From NCBI GenBank assembly GCA_002269645.1, contig NIVC01002042.1:4374-68373 (forward strand): a stretch of 64,000 bases of DNA, read 5' to 3'. This document shows, piece by piece, positions 26,225-37,652 of the stretch; position 1 is the stretch's first letter; the number at the start of each line of letters is the position of its first letter. Position numbers and translations under genes: made by a program. Source of the stretch: Macrostomum lignano (lineage: Eukaryota). Under the pieces are notes generated by a model. That model did no database searches. It was not told the DNA's origin and worked only from the letters and a program-made list of their open reading frames with translations.

Positions 26225-29200
26225 CTGCTCTCATTTCTTATATCTCATATACGGTCTCAGACTCTACTTTCTTGTCTCCCATCTTTCTTTCCTCCTTTCC
26301 ACTACCCCCGTCTCTTCTCTTCTCTCTTTTCTAATCTCTAATCTCTTCTCTCTTATGTTCTCACTCATCTCTTCTCCTCGCATCTCTCATCTCTCCTCTC
26401 CTCACTACTTCCCTCTCTTAACTCTCTCATCTCTGATTTTTCATCTCTCTCCTCTCTCCTCTCGCTCTTTTCCTTTCGCTTCTCTCTCCTCCCTCTCCTC
26501 TCATCTCTACTACTTTATTTATATCTTCTCCCTCGTCTTTCGTCTCTACTCTCGTCTGTCTCCTTTCTCCCCTTTTTTCTCCTCTTTTCTCTCTTCTCTC
26601 TCCGCTCCTCTCTCATCTCTCATCCCTCATCTCACTCTTTCTTTCTCCTATTATCTCTCTTGTCTCCCTTTGCTATCTCATATATCCACTCTTATCTCCT
26701 CTCTCCTCTTCGCTTTTCTGTCCTTCGTTCCCGCCTTAATCCCCTCTTCTCTCCAATCTGTCATGTCTAATCTCTCCACTCATTTCTACTCTGTTTTCTA
26801 CCATCTCATATCTCTTCTCTTTTCATTCTTCTTTTTATTCTCTTCTCTGACTGATTGAAGATGCCAAATCAATCAAGATCCTCTCCGCGAAGCAGAAATC
26901 CTGTCCGTGCAACTGAAAACCATCGAAATCCTCTCCGTGAAACTGAAGAGAATCGAAATCCTCTCCGCGAAACAGAAATCCTCTCCGTGAAACTGAAAAC
27001 CATCGAAATTCTTTCTTTTAAACTGGACTCAATCGAAATTTTCTCCGTCAAAAAGAATAAATATCAGGATTCATTGGTTATTGTTAAGGGTTAGGGTTAG
27101 GGTTAGAGCTACACACAGCTGCGTGTTCAAATAAAAAATGAACCAATTGAATCAATTGATTGCGCAACCGATTTCACAGTCAGTCAGTATCAGTCTCAGT
27201 TAAAGTTAGCAAAAAAATTGCGCAATCTAAATCAACCCTCCAGTACACAGAGACCGACCCCTTTTCAATACGCAGTGGCAGTTAGAAATTGAACCTCAAA
27301 CTTTTGGGGGCATTGAACAAAAAAATGAGTACAATCTTTGCATAAAGCTAAAAGTATGGAAATGGTTTTTTGAAACATTTTATATCCTCGAACTCAGCGT
27401 TGCAAGATCTTTTCAGCAGTATAAGTCTCTTCTCTTAAAGTTTAGAACTCGAAGAGCAGTTAGCGTTTGAAAGTTCCCGTTTTAAAGCATTGAAATGTCG
27501 CGTGTACGTTCACTGCCTGCCAAAGAGGCTCGCAAGTTTATTCATTTACTACACAGGCCGGCTATTACACAGGGCAGCCTATTGAAAGGCACAGATAATA
27601 AAACAAAATTGATGGCGCAACTGATTTCACAGTATGTCAGTATCAGTCTCAGTTACAGTTAACAAAAAGATTGCGCAATCTAAATCAACCCTCCAATACA
27701 CAGCGCCCGACCGCCTTCCACTACGCAGTGGCAATTAGCAATTGAACCCCCCAAATTTATCTCTGACCTATCGCAAAAATAAGTACAATCTTTGCAGCAA
27801 GTTAAAAGTAAAAGTAATAAAATCGTTTTTTGAATGCTGTGCTTTTAATTTTTACAGTTAAAGCAAACAACTTATATCCCTGAACTCAGCGTTGCAAGAT
27901 CTTTCCAGCAATATAAGTCTCTCCTCTCAAAGTTCAAAAATCGAGCAACAGTTAGCATTTGAAACTTTCTGATTTAAAGCATTGAAATATCGAGTGTACG
28001 TTCACTGCCTGCTAGAGAGGCTCGCAAATTGATGCATTGAATTTCACTGTCCGCCAGTTAGCTAGGGTCCAAGTGTACACACGCCGCCACTGAGAACGCT
28101 CCTATCCCCCACTGGAGAGAAAATACACTGCCAAGTTAGCAAAATTTTATGGCGCAATCACTTAAAATTCATGCAAATTTTCAGCTCCAAGCAGAAAGAG
28201 GGGACAATTAAGATTATCAAAGGTCAAGACCGCCGTTTTCTGCTTTTTTGAGGATCTTAGAAATTAAAATTTCAGAATTAAAATAGCCTATAGCCGACCT
28301 CGGATAATTTCCAATCTTCCCATATAAGTTTCAACGCTGAGTTGCCACTATTCAAGGAGGAGTTGTCGAAATGACAGACAGACACACAGACAGACAGACA
28401 AACAACACGTCAACTTTAGTATATACGAGTGGAACTCCTCCTTCGGAGGAGAAAGGGGAAGAACTCCCATCACCGGAATTCTATTCCCTGAAATATCCAT
28501 CAACTGAAATTCCATGTCTTTAACCCTATCTTCCAAATCGTCTCCAAATTCTTTACAAAATCTTTCAAAGACCATAGCTCAAAGACTCTCAAGTCTCTCA
28601 TATCTCCTCTCTCCTCTCTTTCATCTCATCTCTACCCCTGTTCCCTTATTTATCTCTTCTCCCTCGTCTTTCGTCTGTACCTTCTCCTGTCTTCTGTCTC
28701 CTCTCTTCACTCTTATCTCTCCCTCTTCTCTCCTCTCTCATATGTCATCTCTACTCACTTATCTATCGTCTCTCTTAACCCTCTCTCTCTCTTCTCTTTT
28801 CTCTTCTCTCTGCTCTCATTTCTCATATTTCATATACGCTCTGACACTACTTTCTTGTCTCCCATCTTTCTTCCTCCTTTTCACTATCCCCTGTCTCTTC
28901 TCTTCTCTCTTTTCTATTCTCTCCATTCTCTCTTTTCTCCTTTCCTTGCTCCTTTCATCTCTCTCCTCTCTCCTCACTCTCTTCTCCTTTCGCTTCTCTC
29001 TCCTCTCTCTCCTCTCATCTTTACTACCTTATTTATATCTTCTCCCTAGTCTTTCGTCTGTACTCTCTCCTGTCTCCTCTCTCCCCTCCTCTCTCATCCC
29101 TCATCTCCTCATCTCCTCATCTCACTCTTTCTTTCTCCTCTACTCTCCCCTCTCTTCTATTGCCTCTGTACGCTCTTATCCCTCATCTATTCTCTCTCCT

Positions 29201-31872
29201 ATCATCTCCAATCTGTCATGTCTAATCTCTCCACTCAATTTTACTCTGTTTTCTATCATCTCTTCTCTCTTCTCTTTTCAGTCTTCTCTTTACTCTCTTC
29301 TCTGACTGATTGAAGATGCCAAATCCATCAAAATCCTCTCCGCGAAGCAAAAATCCTGTCTGTGCAACTAAAAACCATCGAAATCCTCTCAGTGAAACTG
29401 GACTCCTTCGAAATCCTCTCCTTGAAACCTGAATCCATCAAAATTGTTTCCATAAAACAGAAATCAATCATAAATTATCTCAGCGAAACAGAAAGCCTCT
29501 CCGTGAAGCTGAACATGATCGAAATCCTCTCCGTGAAACTGAACACCATGGAAATCCTTTCGTGAAACTGAACATCATCGAAATCCTCTCCACGAAACAG
29601 AAATCTTCTCCGTCAGAATTTAAACATTGAAATCGTCTCCGCTAAACTTGACTTAATCGAATTTTTTCCGTCAAACAACTCAACTCGCCAGATTCATTAG
29701 GGTTAGGGTTAGGGTTAGGGTTAGAACTACGCACAGCTTCGTGTTAAAAGGCACAGATAAAAATATTGAACTAATTGAATCAATTCATTGCGCAACCGAT
29801 TTCACAGTCAGTCAGTATCAGCCTCAGGTAAAGTTAACAAAAGATTGCGCAATCTAAATCAACCCTCCAATCCACAGCTGTAGTGAGAAGTTGAACCCTC
29901 CCCCAACTTTATCTATTACGTCTTGCAAAACTGAGTACAATATTTGCAAAAAGTTAAAAGTATGGAAATAGTTTTCCAAATGCTGTGCTTTTTCTTTTCA
30001 TAGTTAAAGCAAACAACTTATATCCCCGAACTCAGCGTTGCAAGATCTTGCCAGCAATATAAGTTTCTCCTCTCAAAGTTTAAAACTCGAGGAACAGTTA
30101 GCGTTTGAAACTGTCTGATTTATAGCATTGAAGTATCGAGTGTACGTTCACTGCCTGCTTGCAAGTTGATGCATTGAATTTCAATGTCCAACAAATACAC
30201 AGGACTGCCCATTGATAGGCAGGAAAACTTATCAGTAGCCATATCATTGCGCAATTATCTATAAAGTCAGCCAGTGAGCCAGGGTCCAATTGTACACACG
30301 CCGCCAATGAGAACGCGCCCATTCCCCCACAGGAGAGAAAATGCACTGGCGACATAGGAAAAAGTTGTGGCGTAATCACTCAAAATTTATGCCAATTTTC
30401 AGCTCCGAGCAGAAAGAGGGGACAATTAAGATTATCAAAGGTCAAGACCGCCGTTTTCTGCTTTTTTAGGGATCTTAAAAATTGAAAATGAAAGATTAAA
30501 ATAGCCTAAAGCCATCCTCGGAAAATTTGCAGTTTTCCCATATAAGTTTCAACGCTGAGTTGCAAGTATTCTAGGAGGAGTTATCGAACTGACATACAGA
30601 CAGACAAACAACACGTCAACTTTAGTATATACGAGGCCAACTCCTCCTTCGGAGAAGAAAGGGGAAGAACTCCAATCAGCGGAATTCCATTCCCTGAACT
30701 CCATCAGCGGAATCCCATTTTCCAACACCTCTCCGCGCAACAGAAATCGTCTCCGTGAAACTGAACACTATCGAAATCCTCTCCGTGAAACTGAACACCA
30801 TCGAAATATTCTACGCGAAATAGAAATCCTCTCCGTGAAACTGGACTAAATCGAAATTTCTACGTCAAACAGCCCAGCTCTTAGAATTCATTGGTTAAGG
30901 TTAGGGTTAGGGTTAGAGCTACACACAGCTGCGTGTTGAAAGACGCCGTAAAAACATTGAACCAATTAAATTGCGCAACTTATTTCTCAGGCAGTCAGTA
31001 TCAGCCTCAGTTAAAGTTAACAAAAAGATTGCGCAATCTAAATCAACCCTCAAATACACAGCAACCGACTCCCCTTCCAATACGCAGTGCAGCTAGAAAT
31101 TGAACCCCCCCCTCACCAACTATTGGGGGGTCGGTCGAACCCCCATTGAACTCCAAAATGAGAACAATCTTTGCAGAAAGCTAAAAGTATGAAAATCTTT
31201 TCTTGAATGCTGTGAATTTAATTTTCATATTTAAAGCAAAAAACTTATATCCCCGAACTTATCGCAGCAAGATCTTTCCAGCAATATAAGTTTCTCCTCT
31301 CTAAGTTCAAAACTCGAGCAACAGTTAGTGTTTGAAACTTTCTGATTTTAAGCATTGAAATATCGAGTGTACGTTCACTGCCTGCTAAAGATGCTCGCAA
31401 GTTTATGCATTTAAATGCACTGAATTTCACTGTGCAAAAAATACACAGGGCTTCCTGTTAAAAAACAGAACACAAATAGTTGCGCAATTGTCTATAAAGT
31501 GAGCCAGTGAGCCAGGGTCCAATTGTACACACGCCGCCAATAAGAACGCGCCCATTCCCCCACAGGAGAGAAAATGCACTGGCGACATAGGAAAAAGTTG
31601 TGGCGTAATCACTCAAAATTTATGCCAATTTTCAGCTCCGAGCAGAAAGAGGGGACAATTAAGATTATCAAAGGTCAAGACCGCCGTTTTCTGCTTTTTT
31701 AGGGATCTTAAAAATTGAAAATGAAAGATTAAAATAGCCTAAAGCCATCCTCGGAAAATTTGCAGTTTTCCCATATAAGTTTCAACGCTGAGTTGCAAGT
31801 ATTCTAGGAGGAGTTATCGAACTGACATACAGACAGACAAACAACACGTCAACTTTAGTATATATAGATAGA
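20879..31872 (-). mobile_element. Tandem array of five non-autonomous Helitron/Helentron-like (HINE/DINE-1-type) units
   Basis: Unit boundaries are near 20879, 23143, 25702, 28424, 30630 and 31872. On the minus strand each unit starts (TCT)ATATACTAAAG..(TGTC)n..AACTCCTCCT. Each ends with the hairpin CTCCTCC-GAA-GGAGGAG (one mismatch in the fifth) 7-11 nt before a CTAG/CTCGT-like end. There is no TSD and no Rep/helicase ORF. Confidence 0.75.
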
Positions 31873-32025
31873 GGGCCGCTGTACACTCCTGTGTGTGTGC
31901 CTGCGTACGTATCCGCGCGCTTGTGTGCTGCTTAGGGGAGTCGGCGGAATGGGCAGCAATGCCTCTCGCCGGTTGTGTGCCTATGTCGCTTAAAGTGCGC
32001 CAGGGTGCACACAACCCCCCTGCTT
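31873..32025 (+). mobile_element. tRNA-derived SINE, 3' half (resumes after the array)
   Basis: Begins GGGCCGCTGTACACTCCTGTGTG, the sequence that follows TAAAGTTA in the intact copy (near 19585). It continues to CACACAACCCC..TGC(C/T)TCTAA. Confidence 0.75.
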
Positions 32026-32199
32026 CTAATAAAATTGCTTGCCTCTTACACAGCAGACCAAGTTGCGCAACACACAAAACTCAACTCAAGCCACTCTATT
32101 TTAACAATTCTCCGTCTAGTCTGACTGTCGCTTCAAAATTGATTGGTCATCACACCAGTCAGGTTATTAACTAATTTTATTATTTTCCATCAAATGAGC

Positions 32200-33493
32200 C
32201 AGAGGTTGGCAAACTCCGGCCCGTGATGGGCACTGCTAAATTTATTTTTAGCGCCGCTAATTAGCGCTGTCGCTAACTGATAGAAGAAAAAAAATTAGCG
32301 ATCGCCAATAGCGGGCGCTATTTCTACTTTGAATTTAGCGCAATTAGCGCCGCTAATTTTGAAATGCGCTAATTAATAAATTATACATTTAATATAAACT
32401 GCCGTTTCACACGTACCAGGGTATTTATGCGTTTGTGCACATTTTTAACTCACGTGTTTTAAATGAATAAGCTATATTAATAATGCTATTGCCAATAACT
32501 TGTTTTTATCAAACCTAATAAAAAATTCTTAAGCCGGTGAACTGTCAGAGCAACAGTTGGTAAAGAGTTCCTAAATTACAATGCTGTTTGCCTTGAAAAA
32601 CGTCAAGGGCCCTTGCTACCGGGGCCATGGCCTTCTTATACTCAAGAAGGAAGGCAAGATCATCAGCTTGAAACGGTGGTACGGGATTTATTCACCTCAC
32701 CATCACCCTGTTGATAGCCTGTCGCTTCGCATCATCGCTTAGAATATTAACTGAGCTGAACATTGAATTCTTTGATTAAATTATTAAATGAAATCAAATG
32801 AATCAACAAATTTTTGCTAACGAATTAAAAGTAGTAAGAAAACTTTTAAAAGTCAATGACAAAAACAAGACTATTGTTGATAACGATAACGAAAAAAAGA
32901 AATTTAAATTTCGTTTCGCATTTCTAAGAAAATTAGAAACATATTAGAGATTTAGTATTGGTGGATTTACGTAATTCTTTTCTTATTACTCTAATAGGGT
33001 CTCATTTTAAGTATTAACAGTAATTAACCGTCTAGTTTTATAGCAAAAAATGAATTTAGCACAATTAGCAATTTTCAGAAAATATTAGCGGCGCTTTGAT
33101 AGCGCGCGCTAATTGGAATTTCAATTTAGCGGAATTAGCGGCGCTAACAAAACGTTAGCGGCGCTTTAGTGGAATTCATATTTAGCGGCGCTAGTGCCCA
33201 TCACTGCCGGGCCGCAGGACACATGCGGCCTGCGAAGCCTCTTTATCCAGCCTTCGGGGCCTTTGAAACTGCACAATAGCAATCCGGCTCGCACAATGTT
33301 TGTCTCTTCTCAGCTCTCCTCTCTTCTTTCTCCTCTCCCTCCCTCTCCTCTTTTCTACTCTCCTAGCCTAATTCATCTCCTCTCCTCTTTGCTCCTTTAT
33401 TCCCTCGCCTCAGCTCCTTTCTCCTTTCTTGTTTATTCCCTCATCTCCTCCTTCCTCTGGACTGCAGTCATGCTCTAAGTTTGCCAACCCCTG
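32200..33493. mobile_element. hAT-type MITE containing a nested TIR element (32221-33206)
   Basis: Outer TIRs are CAGAGGTTGGCAAACT and AGTTTGCCAACCCCTG. Inner TIRs are C(C/A)GTGATGGGCACT and AGTGCCCATCACTG, with many sub-terminal TTAGCG(G)CGCTAA motifs. The outer body matches the copy at 63840-64000. Confidence 0.7.
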
Positions 33494-33504
33494 ACATAAG
33501 CGAA

Positions 33505-33648
33505 ATGAGCAAGCGTGAAAAAAACAGCGCCCGTTGGTTGCCGTTGGAACCCCTGGTAAACAAGGTGCAAGAAAATCCTGCTCTATACGACCTTCGGCTC
33601 CCTGACAATCGAAATACCAGGAAAAAGGACGATCAAAAAAGTGTGTAA
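33505..33648 (+). pseudogene. Truncated MADF (Myb/SANT-like) domain remnant, possibly from a PIF/Harbinger transposon
   Basis: ATG...LVNKVQENPALYDLRLPDNRNTRKKDD matches the MADF pattern LIxxVxxxPxLYDxxxxxYxNxxxK. The expected AW is missing, and KKVCNMLG follows in a shifted frame. Confidence 0.5.
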
Positions 33649-33775
33649 TATGCTAGGTTTTTTATCTCGTGCCAGTTATATCAATAAGAGTGCCGGCTTT
33701 TGTACTCTGATACAGACTGTACACTGGTATTGAATTCAGAGCACAAAATAGTTTTCTCAGCAGTGTGACGCTTGC

Positions 33776-35027
33776 GATCACTCGTAGAAGTCAGTTTATG
33801 GCGTGAAAAACTGAGGTGAGTGTCAAAGATTCGTTAATCATCAACTGAAATTTTGTGTGATCACTCGTAGAAGTCAGTTTATGGCGTGAAAAACTGAGGC
33901 GAGTGTCAAAGATTCGTTAATCATCAATTGAAATTTTGTGTGATCACTCGTAGAAGTCAGTTTATGGCGTGTAAACTGAGGTGAGTGTCAAAGATTCGTT
34001 AATCATCAACTGAAATTTTGTGTGATCACTCGTAGAAGTCAGTTTATGGCGTGAAAAACTGAGGTGAGTGTCAAAGATTCGTTAATCATCAACTGAAATT
34101 TTGTGCGATCACTCGTAGAAGGCAGTTTATGGCGTGAAAAACTGAGGTGAGTGTCAAAGATTCGTTAATCATCAACTGAAATTTTGTGTGATCACTCGTA
34201 GAAGTCAGTTTATGGCGTGTAAACTGAGGTGAGTGTCAAAGATTCGTTAATCATCAACTGAAATTTTGTGTGATCACTCGTAGAAGTCAGTTTATGGCGT
34301 GAAAAACTGAGGTGAGTGTCAAAGATTCGTTAATCATCAACTGAAATTTTGTGCGATCACTCGTAGAAGGCAGTTTATGGCGTGAAAAACTGAGGTGAGT
34401 GTCAAAGATTCGTTAATCATCAACTGAAATTTTGTGTGATCACTCGTAGAAGTCAGTTTATGGCGTGAAAAACTGAGGTGAGTGTCAAAGATTCGTTAAT
34501 CATCAACTGAAATTTTGTGCGATCACTCGTAGAAGTCAGTTTATGGCGTGAAAAACTGAGGTGAGTGTCAAAGATTCGTTAATCATCAACTGAAATTTTG
34601 TGTGATCACTCGTAGAAGTCAGTTTATGGCGTGAAAAACTGAGGTGAGTGTCAAAGATTCGTTAATCATCAACTGAAATTTTGTGCGATCACTCGTAGAA
34701 GTCAGTTTATGGCGTGAAAAACTGAGGTGAGTGTCAAAGATTCGTTAATCATCAACTGAAATTTTGTGCGATCACTCGTAGAAGTCAGTTTATGGCGTGA
34801 AAAACTGAGGTGAGTGTCAAAGATTCGTTAATCATCAACTGAAATTTTGTGCGATCACTCGTAGAAGTCAGTTTATGGCGTGAAAAACTGAGGTGAGTGT
34901 CAAAGATTCGTTAATCATCAACTGAAATTTTGTGTGATCACTCGTAGAAGTCAGTTTATGGCGTGAAAAACTGAGGTGAGTGTCAAAGATTCGTTAATCA
35001 TCAACTGAAATTTTGTGTGATCACTCG
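33776..35027. repeat. 83-bp satellite array (about 15 highly homogeneous copies)
   Basis: Unit GATCACTCGTAGAAGTCAGTTTATGGCGTGAAAAACTGAGGTGAGTGTCAAAGATTCGTTAATCATCAACTGAAATTTTGTGT. There are no spacers. Confidence 0.97.
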
Positions 35028-37517
35028 AAAACTGGCCTCATTTGATGGCGGTGTGAATGAGTCTTACTGGACTCTGCATTAACTGTTACGAGGTACCTGC
35101 AAAAAACGAACTCGACACTCCTGAATGCATTGATAAAAGCGTACAAAGTCAATGAGATGGTTGATACGTGTGTTCAATACAATTACCACTTTAAAATAAT
35201 GTTCCAGAAACTGATGTTAATCCAATTTTTTCTTCTTCCTAATTTTAGTGGTCCTTCATTCAATGCTGCACACAGCCATGCCATGTTAGCTTGAAATGGA
35301 GTTTCAGAGTTTTGCTGGCAAAAAGGAACGATGAATGAGGCTCGAAAACGCTACCAAAGTGTCACTAAAGTTGGGCACATGCATTCACACTAAAGTACTA
35401 GATAGATAGTAGTTCAACTAAAACTGTCATATTTGTTCAACTATATTCAAGCAAGGCACCAAACTGAGAAGTTAATGATCCTAATTAAAGTCATCTGCAC
35501 AGGGCGATTCTCACCTGCTCTGGAACAGCGGATTATCCTCTCTGACGTGAATAAGCTTGCCACCGATAATCTTAGACTTGATTACAGGCGTATAATAATT
35601 GCCATAAGGCGACTCCTTGTTTAGCAAGTTCGCGTCATGCAGGTGCCGCTCGCGGCTCTCAGCACCCTGTGAGTAGATTAGGATTTTTTTCAGCAGAGAT
35701 TATCGGTGGTAGGGTATGCAAGTCATATAATTTTCATGCCAACTTTTATAAGCTTGAAGTCTTAAAACAAGATGACTAAGTCTCAATGACATGTTTATTA
35801 AATTATCTACCAATAAATTGGCAGCATCCCAGCCAACACCATGGATTCTATATTTGACTCAGTTTCACTTAGCTTAAAAAATACTCAATACAAACATACA
35901 ATAAAATACAAAACTTTAAATTTTAAACTAGAGCTACCTGCTGCTATTACTATTATTTTTTTGAATAACATAATGTGAAATTCCAGGCACTAGCAACAGT
36001 AATTTAAATTTGTATTGTTATCGCCTTTATTTTAGTTTTCAACAACTGACAATGGTCTATAGATAAGGTTATAGTTCTTATTCGATAATAAAAAAATCGT
36101 CATTTAGAAACATTGAAACGATCACAATTAATTTCCCTGACGTCATGGAGGGGAAGGCTGCAAATGAATCGAATATTTTTTGAAACTATATGGTATCAAA
36201 ATTGACATTTGATCAAATGGTCTAAAGATGCAGAAAAAAGCCTGTTTGTATAAAAAAACTCTCAAAATTTTAACTTCCAGTAGTAACGTCCAGTAAAATA
36301 ATATAAATCTAAGTCATATTTTCAAAAGTTACAATACTGTTACAATAACATGGTCATGCCGTCATGGTCATCATCAGCCATGGAAAAATGATAGTCTTTC
36401 CTTATTTTTTATAGCATTGAATAACATTTTTTACTCTCAATAGCAACCAAAAAAGAAAATACCAATACCCACCGCTTCAAACATTTCTGACAAAACGGGA
36501 AACTGTCGAAGGATAAGGCAGGTGAATACACATAAATATTAATTAATGAAAGCGCGACAACATAAATAATTCAGGGATCACGGTTTCCAAGTTAAAAGCG
36601 CATGCCACTATTTTACATAGAAACAAAGGAATATGTTCCGTTAATTTCAGAATGATATTTAAATCTTTAGAACTTTGTAAAAGCTACAAATATTTGTTAA
36701 ATTTCATTTAAACCTGGTAAAGTATGTTTTTATTTTTGATATACTATCACTCGGTGTTTTTTCGACAATGTTAAGCTAAAGTAGGGCGGCACAACTTGAT
36801 TATAATTGTAATACAACCGTTTTTTAGTTCTAAATCCCGTATATTTTTATGTCTGAAGGATGCATAATTCGTGATCGAAAGGTCCAACTTTTAATTTCTT
36901 ACAATCAGTAATACAACAGCAGGCTTATCAAAAAAGATCACAATTAAATTTTGTGTAAATTTCTCTAAATGTATAAAAGTACTTAACACTCAACAGCCTC
37001 TTTCATTTACATCTTATCTGCTTTTGTAGCGTGAGCATTATCTATCTCGCCGATATGAAAAAACAACATAATTTTGTAAGCAACAAGAAAAAGAACACAA
37101 ACAAAAAATCTTATTATAATGACTGTTCTCTCGAAACAGTTCGAGCACACTTTGACTTGAAAGTTGAAATTAGGCAGCTTAGGCTAAAAAAAATCTGTTA
37201 GGTCGTCAGAAACTTGTAACTCAGAATTTTAGATTTATATTTCTGCTAAATTCACGCACCAGAAATTTGTAATTTTCTCTAACTATTCCATTCCGTCAGA
37301 TAATTTTGTCGTCTTTTTTGTTTACTTTTCAAAATATCCGTTTGACTATATTTTTCGGAGAACAAAAAATTTCGTTTAATCAGTTTGCCTCGTGTTCGTG
37401 TAATACTAAGAAAGAGTATATTATACTTATTATTAACAATAGATATTACAGACGGTAAATCATAATTTAAGAGATCTTTCGGTTCCGTTTTGATCTATAC
37501 GCAATTTAAGTAGTAAA

Positions 37518-37652
37518 ATGCTTTTGAGTCAAAGGAATGAACGAGTAGCTTGGTTTCAAGTAGGAGTCTTTGCTCTAATTAGAAACTTTTTTTTGTCTTT
37601 CTCAAAAGTATTGACATTCTTCTCTTGGATCCTTCGTAAAAAGTGTCGTGAG
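37518..37652 (+). CDS. CTDNEP1: CTD nuclear envelope phosphatase 1 (Dullard/Nem1), coding exon 1
   Basis: ATG at 37518. Encodes MLLSQRNERVAWFQVGVFALIRNFFLSFSKVLTFFSWILRKKCRE, a hydrophobic membrane anchor like the recalled human AKLWSFFIYLLRRQIRTV. Donor GAG|GTTAGT, phase 0. Missed by the ORF track because it is under 60 aa. Confidence 0.8.

Noticed and set aside
20880-29305. Leu/Ser-rich ORFs (for example 23429-24277 and 28514-29305) that look like membrane proteins
   Set aside because: They are read-outs of the CT-rich tracts of the Helitron-like units. No Rep/helicase motif is present.
22215-30916. TTAGGG tracts as a chromosome end or fusion scar
   Set aside because: They are only 2-4 units long, all in one orientation, and sit at a fixed position inside a repeated element.
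35600-35675. GC-rich patch ending in CCT|GTGAGT upstream of CTDNEP1
   Set aside because: It could be a 5' UTR exon, but sequence alone cannot support this.
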